From contig CAVRAY010000002.1 of NCBI GenBank assembly GCA_963719225.1, forward strand, positions 480,001-544,000: a stretch of 64,000 nt of DNA, read 5' to 3'. The stretch comes from Thermoanaerobaculia bacterium. GTDB taxonomy: Bacteria > Acidobacteriota > Thermoanaerobaculia > UBA5066. How positions within the stretch are numbered: the stretch's first letter is position 1; each line of letters starts with the position of its first letter. The notes below the pieces were generated by a model. It was not told the DNA's origin and did no database searches. It saw only the letters and a program-made list of their open reading frames with translations. Of the stretch, positions 10,001 to 18,700 are shown piece after piece. Position numbers and translations under genes: made by a program.

Positions 10001-10416
10001 GCGTGACGTCGGCCGGACTTCCGGCAGGACGCCTGGCCTTCGAGATCACCGAGACGGCGGCGGTGAGGGACATCGTCGTCGCCCGCGAGTGGATGCGCCG
10101 GCTGAAGGACCGGGGGTGCCGGTTCGCGCTCGACGATTTCGGGATCGGGTTCTCGTCTTTCTCTTACCTGCAGAGCCTGCCGGCCGACTACGTGAAGATC
10201 GACGGCTCCTTCATCCGGGGCGTGGAGACCGACCTCGCGGCCCGTGCCCTCGTGAGGGCGATCGACACGGTGGCGCACACCCTGGGAAAAGAGACGATCG
10301 CCGAGTGCGTGGAGAGCGTGGATTCCGTGAAGATTCTCCAGGAGCTCGGCGTGGAATACGGTCAGGGGTTCGCGTTGGGAAAGCCGTCTCCGGCCCACGT
10401 TCACTTCGGCACGTGA
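7009..10416 (+). CDS. GAF-PAS-PAS-GAF-PAS diguanylate cyclase/phosphodiesterase (GGDEF-EAL)
   Basis: HDPLTDLSNR, RPGD I-site + ARFGGDEF, FEALLR, LDDFG, VKID, GQGF; PAS motifs VHPDD and WVNPAF. Confidence 0.95.
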   Translation: MKTRSEIGSVENRVHERGELVQAAAFRIAEAVTETGSLQELFSRIHAIVGGLMEAANFYIALHDPDRDVLSFPYFVDLVDKPFPPKRVGKGLTEYVLRTGRPLLASPDVFLGLVASGEVEQIGTDSVDWLGVPLRGRDRPIGVLAVQSYTGKVRYTEEDRDLLVYVSSQIAQAIERKRSEEALKESELKLRAIVAALPDLVLVLDREGRYREIHATRAENLVLPREVLLGRTIPEFLPAPVAELWLEKIDTCLLTGTMQTVEYSLDVQAGLRVFEARVVPYGPDAVMTVVRDVTEGTRAAEALGSAQADLKRLTDNMVDVISQVDLEGNFQFVSPSHELVTGWTSGELLGANALDLVHPDDHRMIREKLARGAATGKSGSAEYRYRVRDGRYIWVETVSNVLRGPDGKPQAFVLGSRDVTARKRAEAVLGVLHETGRKILRHDPIEQILQFICDEVAGRFEFAVVWIGIRETDGTITQRAVAGPAADFVRQNRFRWDGTPEGKGPSGEAIRTGRPVVISTAADERVAPWLGGVEKFRLGSALSIPLVVDESVLGVVSSYSDRPNAYGEETIRLLARFADQAALALFEARQHERIDLQTAALEAAANAVLITDREGVIEWVNPAFTDLTGWQREEVVGQTPRILKSDIQPSYYYETLWETITAGNVWRGELHNRRKDGVVYVEEQTITPVRSAEGEIRHFISIKQDVTARRQNEEKIRHLALHDPLTDLSNRHAFEETLARTVSRAQRGSPSTLLLLDLDNFKIVNDALGHPAGDRVLVEVARLIVGLVRPGDDVARFGGDEFAVLLEGVALEGARITAERLRRCVDEHRFFVGDRAFDLGISVGVVPVDGSADAPSLMALADSALYAAKEKGRNRVMVVENVTGGSSPLSEASRWASRIKEALREDRFVLHYQPIFHFKSGRAAHFEALLRLREGNDLIAPAVFLPAAERFGLMPQVDGWVVDHVVELLVKNPEAEIFVNLSGTSLGDESLLSHIEERVTSAGLPAGRLAFEITETAAVRDIVVAREWMRRLKDRGCRFALDDFGIGFSSFSYLQSLPADYVKIDGSFIRGVETDLAARALVRAIDTVAHTLGKETIAECVESVDSVKILQELGVEYGQGFALGKPSPAHVHFGT

Positions 10417-10515
10417 AAAAGCACCGCATCGCCACCGCGAGGCCAGGCAAGGCGGTGGCCGCGGCGGCTTGGTCCGGCTCGCGCTAGGATTGGACGAAGC
10501 GGAGGAGGATCAATC

Positions 10516-11433
10516 GTGAATAAAGCTCTTCGGCTCGCCCGCATTCCCGCGTTCGTGTTCGCTGCGCTCTCACTCGCGAGCTGCGCGTGGAAGAAAGATC
10601 TCGACCAGGTCAAGGCCGAGAACAAGACTCTCAACGAAGAGAAGCAGCGCGCCCAGAGGGAGCTCGGCGCCGCCGGCGCCGCGACGGCCGAGATGCAGTC
10701 CACCCTCGACGAGGTGCAGAGAAGCCTCGAGGACCTGCGCGTCAAGGAGCTCAAGGCCGTCAAGACCTCGATCGCCGTCGCCCAGGAAGGCAAGTCCGCC
10801 ACCGCTCAGAGGCGCGCGGAACTGAAGACGGAGATCGAGGAGATCCGCAACGTCGTCAAGGCCAACCTCGCGAAGCTCGAGGCCCTGCAGAAGCAGAAGA
10901 AAGCGTCGGACGTGAAGGCCACGACGCTCGAGCGCCTCGTCGGCGAGCTGCGCCGCTCCCTCGAGGAGAAGGAGGCCACGATCGCCGCCCTCGAGCTGAA
11001 GACGCAGGAGCTGACGAAGACGGCGGAAGACCTTCGGGGAGTCGTGCAGGAGAAAGAAGCGGTCGTCAAGGAGAAGGAAGCCGTCATCGCGGACCGCGAA
11101 ACGCAGATGTCGACGGCCTATGTCCTCATCGCGACACAGAAGGAGCTGAAGAAAGCCGGCCTCGTCGAGAAGAAGGGCTCCGTGCTGGGTCTCGGCGGCA
11201 ACTGGCAGCGGACGGGCCAGTTCGACGAAACGCTGTTCAAGCAGATCGACACGCGCAAGGACTCGGAGTTCCAGGTGGGCGCGGCTCCCGCCAAGGCGCG
11301 GGTCCTCTCGGACCACCCGAAGGACAGCTACACGCTCGTGGCGACGGGCCCGAAGGCGAGCACGCTGACCGTGACCGACGCGGCGCGTTTCTGGAGGGGC
11401 AGCAAGTACCTGGTCGTCATGCTGCCGGATTGA
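10516..11433 (+). CDS. Coiled-coil lipoprotein
   Basis: Lipobox LASC, long heptad region, C-terminal domain KELKKAG...HPKDSY...FWRGSKYLVV; GGAGGAGG RBS. Confidence 0.8.
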   Translation: MNKALRLARIPAFVFAALSLASCAWKKDLDQVKAENKTLNEEKQRAQRELGAAGAATAEMQSTLDEVQRSLEDLRVKELKAVKTSIAVAQEGKSATAQRRAELKTEIEEIRNVVKANLAKLEALQKQKKASDVKATTLERLVGELRRSLEEKEATIAALELKTQELTKTAEDLRGVVQEKEAVVKEKEAVIADRETQMSTAYVLIATQKELKKAGLVEKKGSVLGLGGNWQRTGQFDETLFKQIDTRKDSEFQVGAAPAKARVLSDHPKDSYTLVATGPKASTLTVTDAARFWRGSKYLVVMLPD

Positions 11434-11603
11434 GGCCGCTGCACGGTTTCGTGTGCCGGCTCACCCCATGTGGTCTCCGGGGAGCGTCCGGACGGGTTCC
11501 GCCTCGGGCCATCGGCTTGCAGGCCAACGCGATCGGCTGTCTCGCGGCTTGGCACCTCGATTGAACGAAAAGCGCCGGAGCCCGGGTACGGGCAGGAGGA
11601 AAA

Positions 11604-11864
11604 ATGAAGAAAACCACCACCGCCGTCGTCGCCACTCTCGCCGCGATCGCCCTGGGCAGCGGAGCCCTCGCCACCATGGACATCCAGAAGGAATACAAGG
11701 CGAAGGACCCGAAGGCCAACTGCAACACCTGCCACGTCGCGAAGCTCCCGAAGAAAGAAGCCGCCGACCTGAACGACTTCGGGAAGACCGTGAAGGCCGC
11801 CAAGGGCAAGGACGGGAAGGTCGACTGGTCGAAGGTCAAGGCGCCCGCAGCGCCGAAGAGCTGA
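11604..11864 (+). CDS. Small exported monoheme cytochrome c
   Basis: AGGAGG RBS, signal peptide, CNTCH, LNDFG. Confidence 0.85.
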   Translation: MKKTTTAVVATLAAIALGSGALATMDIQKEYKAKDPKANCNTCHVAKLPKKEAADLNDFGKTVKAAKGKDGKVDWSKVKAPAAPKS

Positions 11865-11907
11865 ACGAGCCGAGCGCTCGTTCCCAACGGCCGCACGGCG
11901 GCTGTCG

Positions 11908-11938
11908 CCCCCGGACCCGCAAGGTCCGGGGGTTTTTT
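11908..11938 (+). terminator. Rho-independent terminator
   Basis: CCCCCGGACC-CGCAA-GGTCCGGGGG followed by TTTTTT. Confidence 0.9.
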
Positions 11939-11949
11939 CGTTCAGGGCG

Positions 11950-13326
11950 TCAGCCGGCCAGCGGCGCGAAGCGCGCCGTGAAGTGGCGGAGGACGCGCGG
12001 AGCCTCCGTGATGCGGTACCCCGTGAGCTTGGACGCGTTCTTCGCGACCTCGAGGACGGCCTCGGCCACGTAATCCACGTGCGACTGCGTGTAAACGCGG
12101 CGCGGGAACGCGAGGCGCACGAGGTCCATGGGCCCCGGCTGCTCGGTGCCGTCGGGCCTCAGCCCGAACATGACCGTTCCGATCTCCACGCCGCGCACGC
12201 CCGCGACCTCGTAGAGCGCGTTCACGAGCGCGATGCCCGGGTACTGGAGCGGCGGGATGTGCGGAAGCAGCCCGCGCGCGTCGAGGTACACGGCGTGTCC
12301 GCCCGGCGGCCGGATCATCGGGACCTGCGCCGACTCGAGCTTCTCGGCGAGGTATTCGATCGAGCGGATGCGGTAATGCAGGTACGGCTCCTCGACGACC
12401 TCCTCGAGGCCGCGTGCGATCGCCTCGAGGTCGTAGCCGGCCAGGCCGCCGTACGTCGGAAACCCTTCCGTGAGGATGAGGAGGTTCCGCGCGTTCTCGG
12501 CCCACGCGTCGTCGTTCATGGCGAGGAAGCCGCCGATGTTCGCGAGCCCGTCCTTTTTCGCCGACATCGTGCAGCCGTCGGCGAGGGAGAACATCTCCTG
12601 CGCGATCTCCTTCGGCGTGCGGCTTTCCTGTCCCTTCTCGCGACGCTTGACGAGGTACGCGTTCTCGGCGAAGCGGCAGGCGTCGAGGAAGAAGGGCTTG
12701 TGAAAGCGGTCGCAGAGGGCGCGGACGCCGCGGAGGTTCTCGAGCGAAACGGGCTGTCCGCCTCCGGAGTTGTTCGTGATCGTGACCATGACGAGCGGAA
12801 TCCGATCCCCGTCCTTCTCGAGCGCCTCCTCGAGGAGCACGAGATCCATGTTTCCCTTGAAGGGGTGGAGAAGGCTCGGGACGCGCCCCTGAGGGATGAC
12901 GAGGTCGCGGGCCTCGGCCCCTTCGACCTCCACGTTCGCGCGCGTCGTGTCGAAGTGGTTGTTGTTCGGGACGACGTCGCCCTCGTGGAGGATCGTGTGG
13001 AAGAGGATGCGCTCGGCGGCGCGCCCCTGGTGCGTCGGGATGATGTGCTTGAAGCGCGTGAGCTCCTGCACGGCGTCGCGAAACCGGAAATAGGACCGGC
13101 TGCCGGCGTACGACTCGTCCCCCTGCATGAGCGCGCCCCACTGCGCGGACGACATCGCGCCCGTGCCGGAGTCCGTCAGGAGGTCGATGAGGACGTCCGC
13201 CGCGTGGAGGAGAAAGACGTTGTAGCCCGCCTCGGCGATGGCCTTGCGCCGCTCGTGGGGAGTCGTCGCCTTGATCGTCTCGACGGACTTGATCCGGAAG
13301 GGCTCGATGATCGTGCGGAATTCCAC
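11950..13326 (-). CDS. tnaA: Tryptophanase
   Basis: IIEPFRIKSVE, IDLLTDSGT, MSAKKD (PLP Lys); VEIG and LRHFTARF favour tryptophanase over tyrosine phenol-lyase (MERG/LRFFTA). Confidence 0.9.
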   Translation of the reverse strand: MEFRTIIEPFRIKSVETIKATTPHERRKAIAEAGYNVFLLHAADVLIDLLTDSGTGAMSSAQWGALMQGDESYAGSRSYFRFRDAVQELTRFKHIIPTHQGRAAERILFHTILHEGDVVPNNNHFDTTRANVEVEGAEARDLVIPQGRVPSLLHPFKGNMDLVLLEEALEKDGDRIPLVMVTITNNSGGGQPVSLENLRGVRALCDRFHKPFFLDACRFAENAYLVKRREKGQESRTPKEIAQEMFSLADGCTMSAKKDGLANIGGFLAMNDDAWAENARNLLILTEGFPTYGGLAGYDLEAIARGLEEVVEEPYLHYRIRSIEYLAEKLESAQVPMIRPPGGHAVYLDARGLLPHIPPLQYPGIALVNALYEVAGVRGVEIGTVMFGLRPDGTEQPGPMDLVRLAFPRRVYTQSHVDYVAEAVLEVAKNASKLTGYRITEAPRVLRHFTARFAPLAG

Positions 13327-13361
13327 GGGGGGCGAGGATAGCAGCGGGCGAGCGCCCGAAT

Positions 13362-15764
13362 TCACTCCACCCGGATCGAGACCGGTGGCGAGGCGAGCTT
13401 CACGAACGGGAGGCGCGCGACGAACGTGTGCGCTCCGGGCGTGACCTTCCAGCGCGCGGTGTAGGGCCATGGCACGGTCGCGAAAGGGGAGCCGTCCACC
13501 CACCAGACGATCTCCCGCACCGCGGGCGAGACGACCGCCTTCAGCGCCACGGTGGCTTCGGCGGCGGGAGTCTCCGGGTCGAGCAGCACGTGCAGCCCGT
13601 TCTCCGGCGCGGTGATTCTCACTCTCGAGGTGATGCCGGCGAGCAGCGTCGTCGGGGGCTCATGGGGGGCGAGCAGCTCAACCGATGCAGAGCCACCGGG
13701 AGGATGGGGGAGGCCCGCGGACGCGGACCAGGCCGCGTACCGCGGACCGAGATCGACGAAGGTCCGCAACCTCAGGAAGCGGCGTGGCGTGGCTCGCGTG
13801 GCGAGGAGACCCGAGCGTGCATCGATCGCGAGACGCACGTGCGACGTGCACGGGTCGAGCGGCTCGTGTCCGGGGTGCAACCACTCCGTGACGATCTTCT
13901 CGCACGCCTCGGTCGCGAGGCGGCCCGTCATCGCGCAGAGGCGGACGCTCACGAACCCACGCGGGGCGGGGAAGGAAAGGTCCCCGAGGCCGTCGGTCTC
14001 GTCGGCATGGAGCGCGACCATTACCCGTTGCGCGAGCTCGGCCGCCGCGCGGTAGCCGCTCAGCTTGTTCATCGGCTTGAAGTCGGGGTGCCCGATCCAG
14101 ACGCCGACGAGATAGCGCGACGAGTAGGCGACGGTCCAGGCGTCGCGGTAGCGCGACGAGGTGCCGGTCTTCACCGCGACCGGGAACGGATACTCCGTGA
14201 CGCCCATCCGCGGGAAGCTCGGCAGGCGCGCCATCGGGTCGGCGAGGTAAAGCGTCACGGCCCGCGCGGTTTCCTCCGAAACAAGCCTCCTGGGACGAGG
14301 GCGCGGCTGCCCTTCCCAGGCGAGCGGCTCGACGAGGACGCCGTCGTTCGTGAAGACGGAGTACGCGCGGACGAGCTCCTCGAGCGTGACGGGCATCCCG
14401 CCGATGGCGAGCCCGAGCCCGTAGCGTTGGACCGGCACGCTGCCGTCGTGCAGCTCGAGGGAGCGGAGGAAGTCGTATCCCTCGGCGAGCCCGATCCGGT
14501 CGAGGAGGTCGGCGGCCGGCACGTTGCGCGAGTTCGCGAGCGCCACGCGGGGAAGGAGCGGACCGAGGAAGAGGTCGTCGGCGTTCGTGATGCCGCCGGC
14601 GCCCCGGTCGAGGTCGGGCAGGATCGTGGCCGGGGTGATCGTGCCGCGCTCCAGCGCGAGCGCGTAGAGGAACGGCTTGAGCGCGCTCCCCGGCGAGCGC
14701 GGCACGCGTGCGAAGTCGATCGCTCCCGCGTGCTCGGCGTCTGCCCACCTCGTCGACCCGACGCGCGCGACGACCTCGTTCCGTCTCCGGTCCACGACGA
14801 TCACGGCGGCGTTCCCCGCACCCTGCTTCTCCCAGGCCGCGACGGCCCAGCGCGCGGCCTGGACGACTCGCCGCTGAAGGGGCAGGTCGAGCGTCAGGCG
14901 GACCACGGTCCGTCCCGAAAGCGCGCGGCGCGTCTCGGGCGTTCGTGCCAGCGAGGCGAACCTCAGGACGGCGTGAATCGCTTCGGGCGGCCGCTCGCTG
15001 CGTGGTGGGACGTGAAGTCTCTCGATCTCGCGTGCGGCGAGAGAAAGCTCGTCGGCGGAAAGCGCGCCCCGCGCGTGAAGGAGCGCGAGGATCCGTTTTC
15101 CGCGCCGGATCGCGCGAAGCCTCCCTTCGGGATCGAACGGGTTCATTTTTCGCGGCGATTGCGGGATGGCGGTGAGGAACGCCGTCTCCGCCCAGGAGAG
15201 GTCCTCCACCGGCTTGTCGAGGTAGCGTCTCGCGGCGTACGCGATGCCGTGGATCCGGTTTCCGTACGGGACGATCTCGAGGTAGTGGCGCAGGACGCCG
15301 GCGCGTCCGTACCACGCCGTCAGGAGGAGCGCGGTCACCGCCTCCTGCGCTTTTCGCAGCAGGTGTCGCCGCCCCGGGTGCTGCAGGCGAGCCACCTGCA
15401 TCGCGAGCGTCGAGCCGCCCGAGACGCGCTTGAGGTGCCGGATGTTCTGGACGACGGCACGGGCGACGGCGAACGGGTCGACGCCCGCGTGCGACGCGAA
15501 CCGGCGATCCTCCACGGCGATCGTCGCGGCGACGACCCGCTCCGGAACTTCCGGCAGCGTCCAATAGCCGAACTCCGGCCTCTTGTCCGCGAACGCGACC
15601 TCGCCGAGGAAGCGATCGTTCCGGTCGCGCAGGAGGAGCGTCGGCTCGGGAGAGACGAAACGCGCGCGCCACACGGCCGGCCCGAGAACCGCGAGGCAGA
15701 GCGCCGCCGCCGCGAGGAGGGCGAGGCGGCGAGGCGGGGACCACCCGGAAAGGCGCATCGTCAT
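13362..15764 (-). CDS. pbpC: Penicillin-binding protein 1C
   Basis: Transglycosylase EDRRF..H.GVD, GGSTLAMQ, RKAQE; transpeptidase SALK, SRN, KTGT; lies downstream of alpha-2-macroglobulin. Confidence 0.92.
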   Translation of the reverse strand: MTMRLSGWSPPRRLALLAAAALCLAVLGPAVWRARFVSPEPTLLLRDRNDRFLGEVAFADKRPEFGYWTLPEVPERVVAATIAVEDRRFASHAGVDPFAVARAVVQNIRHLKRVSGGSTLAMQVARLQHPGRRHLLRKAQEAVTALLLTAWYGRAGVLRHYLEIVPYGNRIHGIAYAARRYLDKPVEDLSWAETAFLTAIPQSPRKMNPFDPEGRLRAIRRGKRILALLHARGALSADELSLAAREIERLHVPPRSERPPEAIHAVLRFASLARTPETRRALSGRTVVRLTLDLPLQRRVVQAARWAVAAWEKQGAGNAAVIVVDRRRNEVVARVGSTRWADAEHAGAIDFARVPRSPGSALKPFLYALALERGTITPATILPDLDRGAGGITNADDLFLGPLLPRVALANSRNVPAADLLDRIGLAEGYDFLRSLELHDGSVPVQRYGLGLAIGGMPVTLEELVRAYSVFTNDGVLVEPLAWEGQPRPRPRRLVSEETARAVTLYLADPMARLPSFPRMGVTEYPFPVAVKTGTSSRYRDAWTVAYSSRYLVGVWIGHPDFKPMNKLSGYRAAAELAQRVMVALHADETDGLGDLSFPAPRGFVSVRLCAMTGRLATEACEKIVTEWLHPGHEPLDPCTSHVRLAIDARSGLLATRATPRRFLRLRTFVDLGPRYAAWSASAGLPHPPGGSASVELLAPHEPPTTLLAGITSRVRITAPENGLHVLLDPETPAAEATVALKAVVSPAVREIVWWVDGSPFATVPWPYTARWKVTPGAHTFVARLPFVKLASPPVSIRVE

Positions 15765-15765
15765 G

Positions 15766-18700
15766 TCACTTCGTGCGTGAGACCTCGACCAACGCCCCGT
15801 TCGAGTTGCCGCGGACGGCCGCGTCGTACATCAGCTCGCTCTTGGCCGGAGGCTGGATGAAAGAGCCCGGCGTCACGGCGCGGGTCCGGAAGCGGAAGTC
15901 GTACGTGCCCGCCGGGAGCGTGTCGTAGAAATAGGCCACGGCGTCGTCGAGGAACCTGACGTACGTCGGGGCGAGCGTGGGAGGCTTGCTCGGCGCGGCC
16001 TCACGCGGCGCGGTGGCGAGGGCCGGGTTCAGGGGCTCGAGTCCGGCCGCCAGCGGCGCCGTGATCGCCACGTGATGCCGTACCTGGGGATTCACGATCT
16101 GGACGTGCTCCTCCACGATGGCGCCGATCGCGAGCGGCACCGTGATTCCCGGCTCACCCAGGGCGATCCTCTCCGGGGGCGCGCCGTCCACGATCCGGAA
16201 GAGCTCGCGCGTCACGACGAAGCCGTTCGACGCCGACGCGGCGCGGCTCCCGTCCTCGGCGAGGACGTAGCGCGTCTCGGCGGCGAGGACCAGCGGCCGC
16301 GAGGCCGAGGTCACGGCGAGTGGTGTTTCGGCGGGCGCCCTCGAAGCGAGCCTGGCAACCGCGCTCCCGGCCGCGGGGGCGAGCGGCTTGGCCTCGGCAC
16401 CCTCCTTCACGATGCACGTGAAGGCCTCGGGCTTTCCGGAGCCCAGGACGTCCGAGAGCGCGAGGAGAGCCGCGGCGTTTGCGTTCGTCGATCCCCAGCC
16501 GTCGCCGCGCCCCATCGTCACGAGCGCGTTGACGAGCGCGCCGAGACGCGTGTCCCCGGGGACGACGCGGTGGAGAGCACGCAGGACCTCCGCGAGCGCC
16601 CGCGGCTCGCTGCAGAGGAGGACGAGATCGCCGAGCCGGTCGCCGTCCTGGAGGCCGCCGTAGACCGCTTTTCCTTCGCGGCTCCGCCAGATGATGCCGT
16701 CCCAGAGCGTGTTGCCGATGGCGAGAGCCGTCTCGCTCCTGGCCTCCTTCGAGCGTGAGAAAGCGAGGAGCACCTCTGCTTTTCCTTCGAGCCTCAGGAA
16801 CTGGGGTCTCCGCGCCAGCTCGGCGGCGTAGGCCGCGTCGAAGCGGCCGGCGTGCGCGAGAGCGGAGAGCGCCCACGTCCTCTCGAGGAACGACTCGCCT
16901 CCGACGAAGCGGGGGTAGTCGGATCTCAGCGCCTTCTCGAGCGACGTCAGGAGCCGCTCGAGGAGCTTGTCGTCGATCGCGAAGCCCGCCTCCTTCGTCT
17001 CCACCAGAAAATCGACGGACCACGCGGTGAGGGAGACGTATCCGGGCGATCCCGGCCAGAAGGCGACGAAGCCGTTCGGGTCGATCGCGTCTGCGATCGC
17101 CTTCTGCGCGGTCGAGAAGGCGCGGGTCGCCCGCTCCTCGTCGCCCGTCCTTCCGAGGAGGGCGCGCAGCTTCCGCGCCGCGGCGAGAGCGCGCGCGGCG
17201 CTCATCGTCTGCTCCGTGCAGCCGTAGGGATACTCGTCGAAGAAATCGAGGCCATTCGCCATCTTGATGACGGCAGGTTCGGACGAGACGAGGAGCGAGC
17301 GCCGGAGCGTCCCCGCCCGGACCCGGTCCTTGATCTCGGGGACCGTGAACGTCGCCCCCGGGGCGAGGTCGGCGAGGATCCGCTTCAGGACCGGATCGCG
17401 ATCCGCGTGGATCGGCAGCTTCACCTCGAAGGCGTCGCTCGCCTTGTCGCTCGCCCTCTCGACACCGGCGCGGAACGTGACGTGACCGGACGCGTTCGCG
17501 GGCACTTTCACCCCGAACTCGATGCGCTCGGGCTTGTTCGGCTCCAGGGCGAGCGCGCGTGCGGCGGAACCTTCGAGCGAGGCGCCCAGGACCTTGACCT
17601 GGGCGGCGGCCGGGCCGCCTTTCCCTTCCACGATGCGGGCCAGGGCGGCCCCCGTGAAGACGTCTCCGGCACGAACGAAGCGGGGAAGCGCGGGCTGGAT
17701 GATCACGGGCAGCCGGACCGCGATCGTCCCGGTCCCGAAGCCAAAGCGGTCCGGGCCGCTCATCACCTTGGCGCGCACCTTGAAGTTCGTCAGGTTGTCG
17801 GGGAGCTGCACCTGGACGGTTTTCGTTCCGTCGGGTCCGACGAGGATCGCCGGGTCGTAGAAAGGAACGGTCTTGAAATTCCGGCGGACTGTGGCGCGGT
17901 CGATGATCCCGCCCGCGGCCCCGCCGTCCCCGCCGGGCGCCTCCGCGAACGGCAGGAGCCCGAAGACTGAGTTGCGCGTGTCGCGCACGAGGAGGTGCGA
18001 GCGGACCGGTGTGATGAAGTCCGGCAGCGGGTCCAGGCGCTGCTCCTTGCCGAGCGCGAGAACGGCCTGATCCACGAGCCAGAGAGTGACCTCGCCGGCA
18101 AGGGGTTTGCCCTGCGGATCCTTGAGAGTGATCGTCACGTCCACCTTCCGGCCCGGCATCGAAACGTCGGGGTGCGCCAGGGTCACCGCGACGCGGTTGG
18201 CCACGGGCTCCACCTCGAGCCAGGCGGTCGCCGCCATCGTCGAGGGCTTCCCGAGATCCGTGGCGTTTCCGGAGCTCGGGCCGGCTCCGGCGATCCGGCC
18301 GCGCATCAGGACGAAATGCACCGGCACGCGCGGGGCGAACGTCGGGAGGACGTCGAGACGGTACGTTCCGGCGCCCTTCTCAACGTCGAGCCACTCGTAC
18401 CGGTTGCCCTCCGGCGCTTCCACGATCGCAAGCGCGCGTGCCTTCTGGAACGGGCTCTGGAGGACGATCGCGGCCTTCGCTCCGGGCTGGTACCTGGCCT
18501 TGTCCGTCGCGACAGCGAAGACCTTCGTGACGGGCCGGGCCCACGTCACGGGCTCGTCGCCGCCCGCGTAGAGGTCGATGGCGACGATTTGCGCGCGCCC
18601 GAGCCGGTCACGCGCCTCGAGCTCCACGACGTAAACCCCCGACGACGAGATCGGGAGCGGGACGGTCAGCGGCGTGAGCTGGCTCTTCACCGTCTGCTCG

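Noticed and set aside
6925-10404. 1333-aa minus-strand ORF
   Set aside because: Antisense shadow of the GGDEF-EAL gene; only the last 173 codons (cytochrome c) are real.
11950-13326. Tyrosine phenol-lyase call
   Set aside because: Diagnostic residues VEIG and LRHF match tryptophanase.
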